A stretch of 38,435 nt of DNA, taken from a virus (lineage: Duplodnaviria; Caudoviricetes). Location of the stretch: the IMG/VR virus record IMGVR_UViG_3300020045_006043, positions 1-38,435 of that record; one strand, given 5' to 3'. A program made the position numbers and the translations under genes. The notes beneath the pieces are model-generated. The model made no database searches. It saw only the letters and a list, made by a program, of their open reading frames with translations, and was not told where the DNA came from. Shown one piece after another: positions 34,345 through 38,435 of this stretch; within the stretch, counting starts at the first letter, position 1, and each line of letters opens with the position of its first letter.

Positions 34345-34556
34345 ACATCCCTCATCATATTTTGCGCCTCGCGTAGCCTGTCAGCCTCTCGCTTACCCCT
34401 GATAGGCTTATCCACCTGACATGCCAGCCGACGCAGCCTAGAGGCCAGCGCTGCCCGTTCTGTGGTGGTATCACTCATCAATGCTAGCACAAGTGCGTCA
34501 AGGTCTGATGGCCGTGGTCCACGTTCGACCGGACGCGCTTTGCGAAACGGGTTCAT
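34341..34556 (-). CDS. Hypothetical protein
   Basis: ATGA overlap, AAGGG RBS. Confidence 0.65.
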   Translation of the reverse strand: MNPFRKARPVERGPRPSDLDALVLALMSDTTTERAALASRLRRLACQVDKPIRGKREADRLREAQNMMRDV

Positions 34557-35107
34557 AATCCCTTAGCCTTGGCGATTGCGGCCATTGCCTTCTCTAGCCA
34601 TACCGCCGGTTCACCTGCCTCGTCGTAGCCATCCCAATTTGCAGCCTCTTCCAACGCATCCAGCAAATCAGGCGCGGCGGAAATTAGGTGCGCGTTGGCG
34701 ATCTCTATATCGCGAGGATACCGAACAGGCTCCGTGCCCTCCTCGCCTTTGGGCGCTGGATCGTGGCCCGGCTGGCAGATCGCCATAGCCACGTCGTGCT
34801 CAGGCCCAAATATAACACCCCTGTATCCGCAAGAACAATCATTATCATCCTCAATGCTTTTTAAATGCGTGCATAAACTCCAAGGACCAGCCGTGTGTTT
34901 TGCCTCGCTTGCACTTTTCCTTTTGCCGTGCTCGGCTTGCAGCCGCTTTGTTAACAATCCGACTGCTACATCATTCCCACCCCGATCATACACCGCCTGC
35001 GCAGCCGCGACTATCGCCTGCCTTGTTGAGGGTAGGTAATTTGACAACTGAGTGCCTACCTCCGTTAGGATTGTGTCAGCCATTGCCTTGTAATCTGGTT
35101 CCATCAT
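34553..35107 (-). CDS. Hypothetical phage protein (KHT.GPW...ANA.LI.AAPDLL.AL type)
   Basis: Widespread phage accessory motif; AAGGAGATAG RBS. Confidence 0.8.
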   Translation of the reverse strand: MMEPDYKAMADTILTEVGTQLSNYLPSTRQAIVAAAQAVYDRGGNDVAVGLLTKRLQAEHGKRKSASEAKHTAGPWSLCTHLKSIEDDNDCSCGYRGVIFGPEHDVAMAICQPGHDPAPKGEEGTEPVRYPRDIEIANAHLISAAPDLLDALEEAANWDGYDEAGEPAVWLEKAMAAIAKAKGL

Positions 35108-35415
35108 CTATCTCCTTTAGCATTTCTTCTAGCCTCAAAACCTCGCACAACGATATCAACATCACAGCCAATGTATTTTGCAACAATCTCCGGATCCAAT
35201 CCGGTCCTGAAATAATAATCCAGAAGCTCTGATATTTTTTCCCATTTCTTTTTTTCTTTCAGGTCGGATAATTCCTTGCCGGTAAGCTTGTCGCCAATTT
35301 CATCGGAATACTGAGGTTTAACCCTTTTTGGCTTTTTCCTTCCGGTATCTTGGAAAAGATTAACCTTCAGTGGGTCCAGCAAAGGCAAGTCTACAGCTTT
35401 TTTAGGATCAAACAT
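35104..35415 (-). CDS. Hypothetical basic protein, possible C-terminal HTH
   Basis: Start moved to ATG 35415 behind AAGGAGATAG; GLDPEIVAKYIGCDVDIV is HTH-like. Confidence 0.7.
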   Translation of the reverse strand: MFDPKKAVDLPLLDPLKVNLFQDTGRKKPKRVKPQYSDEIGDKLTGKELSDLKEKKKWEKISELLDYYFRTGLDPEIVAKYIGCDVDIVVRGFEARRNAKGDR

Positions 35416-35438
35416 ATCATCTATCTCCTTGTCCACAC

Positions 35439-35466
35439 ACTATACATGCCTAATTATATAACGCAA
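35439..35466 (-). promoter_or_regulatory. Promoter of the leftward early operon
   Basis: TTGCGT-N16-TATAGT on the - strand, preceded by TG. Confidence 0.7.
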
Positions 35467-35479
35467 TGCATCTTTTTAT

Positions 35480-35910
35480 ACCTACACACTATTATTAAAA
35501 CACACTCTCACACAATAGAATAGGATAGTGGAAATCTCTAAGCTTTTTACTACGATTTATGTGTTTGATTTATATAGATAAATTACTGTTTTAATTCACA
35601 GGATAGCAGGATAGTAAGAGATATATATATAGGGGGTATGGGGGCGAAGCCCCCATCATGACACTTCCGTCATTCAAAAATAAATATAATATATAAGGAT
35701 TATATAGACTTAATATCTATAAATGCAGAAAATCAACTCCCAATCCTATATCCTTTATATAGGTGAGTACAAGGGTCCTCTAAAACCGTGTCTGGACTAT
35801 TCTGCTATCCTGCTATCCTGTACACTTTTTTACTGTTTTAGCCTGCAATTTCAGTATGTTACACAATAGTAAATGACTTGCTATTCTGTGGTACTCTGTA
35901 ATCCTATTTG
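35480..35910. other. Putative replication origin
   Basis: Most AT-rich non-coding stretch; CAGGATAG iterons in inverted clusters; GCGAAGC hairpin; next to the primase 3' end. Confidence 0.65.
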
Positions 35911-35964
35911 CAGGATTTTGCCCTAAAAGGACGCGGAAAACCTTGGCTTTTTATCAACAGCCTG

Positions 35965-38235
35965 TCAACTGGCCAGACGATATTTTTCTGTCTTGATCTT
36001 GGAACGTGGCGAGATAACAATCTCAATCTGGACAAGGCCATCATTGACCATCTTATCCAGTTCCGCCTTTATATCCTCCCGGCGATTGCTGCGCAGGCGA
36101 TTATAGACAACCCCGATTGTCTCCCCATCACCGTCGATGATGTTGGCGATCTTAGCCCTGAGCGCCAGCGATGGTGCATCCTTGACCCGATCATTAGCCG
36201 TCACCAGTCTGATTTTCTCGTCAACATCACGGCGGACAAGCGCAAATGCCCAGCGGACATGTTCGCCCGTCCTGATGCCTTCCGCGACAGCCAGAATAAG
36301 CGACACCTTAGCCATTAGCTCATATGCGCCCAGATACAGGCTCTCCAGGCCCGTCTTACCCTTATGGGCCACCGCTTGATCCTCAAACCACTCCAGCGCG
36401 CTCTCAAGCATGTTTGCGGCCATTTTATCGCTAGGGATCGCTGTGCGCTCGCCATAATACTCGACACGGCTCGCGCCCTGTAAATCGCATTCGCCGCCAT
36501 GCGCTAGATGCAGCAGGATAGCCTCGTAGCTGGCGGGCAATGGCGTTTTGACAAAACCCGGCTTTGAACGTGGTGCTGTGTCGCGCTCGTTGAACAATAG
36601 CGACCGACCTATGAAGCCATTGGTAGCGCTCTGAAAATCCACCAATTCATCAAATGTCACTGGTGTGGTAAAGCCCATCAGAGACAGAAATGGCCGCTGC
36701 AGCCCTTGATCTATATTCTCCAGCATAGTGCTGATAGATTCCATACGCGACAAAAGACGCGGCGTTTCTCCACTTGCATCCGCCTGCTTGGACAGTTGGG
36801 ACAACTCTTTCAGCAGCCCGGATCGTATTTCCTCTTTGGCGTCGCCGGTCAAAAGCAGGTAGCCATCCGCCTTGGAATAAGCGGCCATAAGCATCCCGAT
36901 CACTCCGTCAAGGTAGGATGCCCCACCACGCTGCTGTGCGTTTTTTACCTTCTGTAGAAAGATGCCAATTTCATCGATCACATAAAAAGAGGCTTGGTGG
37001 CGCGTAAGGTTTTTGACAATTTCCTGCTCTGACTTAATCGCACCATGCGTAGCTGGAGCGATGCCCGCAGCCCTATGGAGCGCGGTGACAGATTGCTGGA
37101 TGCTTTCCTTGCCAGTGCGCGATCCCGCTACGCAAAATGCAAACAAATTGGATGTCACACCGTCCATCCCATCGATGTAGCGAAGGCCAGCAATGTTACC
37201 GATAGCCGTTAGCGCCGCTGCTACTGCGATATTTTCACGCGGTCGGCGTGATTGGTTCTCTATCCACTTCGCGATTTTACCGACAAAACCCGGCGGTATT
37301 TTGAGATCAACACCAGAAATGTCAAACGGAAGGCCGTCATGTTCGCCCTCTGAAAAATCAAACTGAACATCAGGGGAGAACGTCACCGGCATGAGCCAGC
37401 CACCTTGCTCTGCATGGAATATCAGCGTGCCTATAGTGACCGGATTAGCAGCCCTACCGAAACTGTGCCATTTATAGGGCATATGGCGCTCATCATGCTT
37501 GGGCGACTTGGCAGACCATCGCTCCCATAGATCATAGCCAGCCCCATGTGTCGCTTGATGGATGGCCATGCCCACACGTATCCAGCTTTCATAATCGAGA
37601 TCATCATTGGCAACATAGTGCAGCATGTCCTCTATATCGTCATGCGTAACATCTATGGATTGACCGTTGTAATCCGTGCGGACACGCTCAGGACGACGCA
37701 ATAGATCGACAAGCCCGGATGGCGCTTCACCAATCTCGCAAGGTTCGCCATCGGCTGTGTAGACACTACCAGACGCATGTCGCGATCCGGGCCCGACAAC
37801 ATAGCCGGACGACTTAAAGTCGATGCCAGGATAATCCTTGAGCGATGATAGAAGCGACACAGTTTCTGGCATGGAAAAATACAAGTGCCGTGATCCACCG
37901 CCGGAACCCGTCATCACAGACAGACCAGCGCCCGCTATTTCAGGGAATTGCTCCAGCAATCTGGTGTAACTGTCTATGCCACCATTTCGGGCGTCAACAT
38001 CAACCACAAGCAAGCCACGGCACAGGACACCATACCCTGTGGCGAAATGCCCCGCCTCTTCCATATTCTCAATCTGCTCTTCCGACCACAATGGCGTATG
38101 TTGCCAGTTTGAGGCGCGGGGATGTTTGCCAACAGCGGGGCAATCCTCATCGCCGCACTCGCAATGGGTTTTATGGTCAAAGCGATAGAGCGGGAAGATT
38201 GAGATCCCGGCGTCCATAAAATCACGGTACAGCAT
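35965..38235 (-). CDS. Bifunctional primase-polymerase with PriCT-2 and DUF3987-like helicase domain
   Basis: CECGDEDC..GKHP, VVDVD, TGSGG..HLYF, GYVVGPGS.H; Y..WI.VGMA.H..W..WS; GSRTGKE, IDEIG, NGFIGR. Confidence 0.92.
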   Translation of the reverse strand: MLYRDFMDAGISIFPLYRFDHKTHCECGDEDCPAVGKHPRASNWQHTPLWSEEQIENMEEAGHFATGYGVLCRGLLVVDVDARNGGIDSYTRLLEQFPEIAGAGLSVMTGSGGGSRHLYFSMPETVSLLSSLKDYPGIDFKSSGYVVGPGSRHASGSVYTADGEPCEIGEAPSGLVDLLRRPERVRTDYNGQSIDVTHDDIEDMLHYVANDDLDYESWIRVGMAIHQATHGAGYDLWERWSAKSPKHDERHMPYKWHSFGRAANPVTIGTLIFHAEQGGWLMPVTFSPDVQFDFSEGEHDGLPFDISGVDLKIPPGFVGKIAKWIENQSRRPRENIAVAAALTAIGNIAGLRYIDGMDGVTSNLFAFCVAGSRTGKESIQQSVTALHRAAGIAPATHGAIKSEQEIVKNLTRHQASFYVIDEIGIFLQKVKNAQQRGGASYLDGVIGMLMAAYSKADGYLLLTGDAKEEIRSGLLKELSQLSKQADASGETPRLLSRMESISTMLENIDQGLQRPFLSLMGFTTPVTFDELVDFQSATNGFIGRSLLFNERDTAPRSKPGFVKTPLPASYEAILLHLAHGGECDLQGASRVEYYGERTAIPSDKMAANMLESALEWFEDQAVAHKGKTGLESLYLGAYELMAKVSLILAVAEGIRTGEHVRWAFALVRRDVDEKIRLVTANDRVKDAPSLALRAKIANIIDGDGETIGVVYNRLRSNRREDIKAELDKMVNDGLVQIEIVISPRSKIKTEKYRLAS

Positions 38236-38411
38236 TAAACTGACCGCGCTTGAAAGTAATCGGAAAGCGCTTTTATCGTGGCATAGCTTGGACTGGCCGC
38301 GCGGCCATCACGAACGCTGCGAATAGTGTTGTAATGCAGCCCTGTTTTACGGGAAACAGCCGAAATACGGCTGTCCTGCAAAAGCTCAATTATTGTCTCT
38401 AATGTCAGCAT
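38235..38411 (-). CDS. Small HTH DNA-binding protein (58 aa; not in ORF track)
   Basis: MLTLETIIELLQDSRISAVSRKTGLHYNTIRSVRDGRAASPSYATIKALSDYFQARSV; TAATG overlap with the primase. Confidence 0.85.
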   Translation of the reverse strand: MLTLETIIELLQDSRISAVSRKTGLHYNTIRSVRDGRAASPSYATIKALSDYFQARSV

Positions 38412-38435
38412 ATTTGCGTACCTTGTTAAAAATCA
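38315..38435. repeat. Direct terminal repeat, right copy
   Basis: Identical to 1-121. Confidence 0.95.

Noticed and set aside
35598-35821. Repeats as a CRISPR array or transposon ends
   Set aside because: Units are 8 bp with no spacers, and there is no cas or transposase gene; they fit origin iterons
35908-36318. 136-aa + strand ORF
   Set aside because: Mostly antisense to the primase C-terminus; TTG start without an RBS
1-38435. DGR, retron, intron/intein, integrase-att or methyltransferase systems
   Set aside because: No reverse transcriptase, recombinase, homing endonuclease or methyltransferase motifs seen; core genes have normal lengths

Overview
The window is one complete, circularly assembled dsDNA phage genome of 38,314 bp; bases 1-121 recur at 38315-38435. 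It has a P22-like podovirus virion module on the - strand: TerS, TerL, portal, scaffold, DUF4043-type capsid protein, adaptor, nozzle, ejection proteins, tail fibre and tailspike. The lysis cassette holds holin-like proteins, an M15 endolysin and nested Rz/Rz1 spanins. Replication and recombination genes are a Sak4-like AAA ATPase, a DUF669-like SSB, a YqaJ exonuclease, an SF2 helicase, VRR-NUC and a prim-pol/PriCT-2 primase, next to a likely AT-rich origin. Two arms of small early genes complete the genome. I see no integrase, CI-type repressor or DNA polymerase. An alphaproteobacterial (possibly sphingomonad) host is my inference from the look of the protein families. The most unusual signals are three. 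(1) A candidate ~58-nt sRNA at ~5004-5062 carries CUAUCUCCU, the exact complement of an extended RBS, (A)GGAGAUAG, that precedes five phage genes. (2) A ~430-nt array of structured RNAs at 9220-9655 includes a tRNA mimic with an expanded anticodon loop. (3) A head-fibre-like Ig domain appears to be split between an 82-aa protein and the extreme C-terminus of a 954-aa beta-helix protein inside the lysis cassette. All family assignments come from motif recognition by eye; no searches were run.
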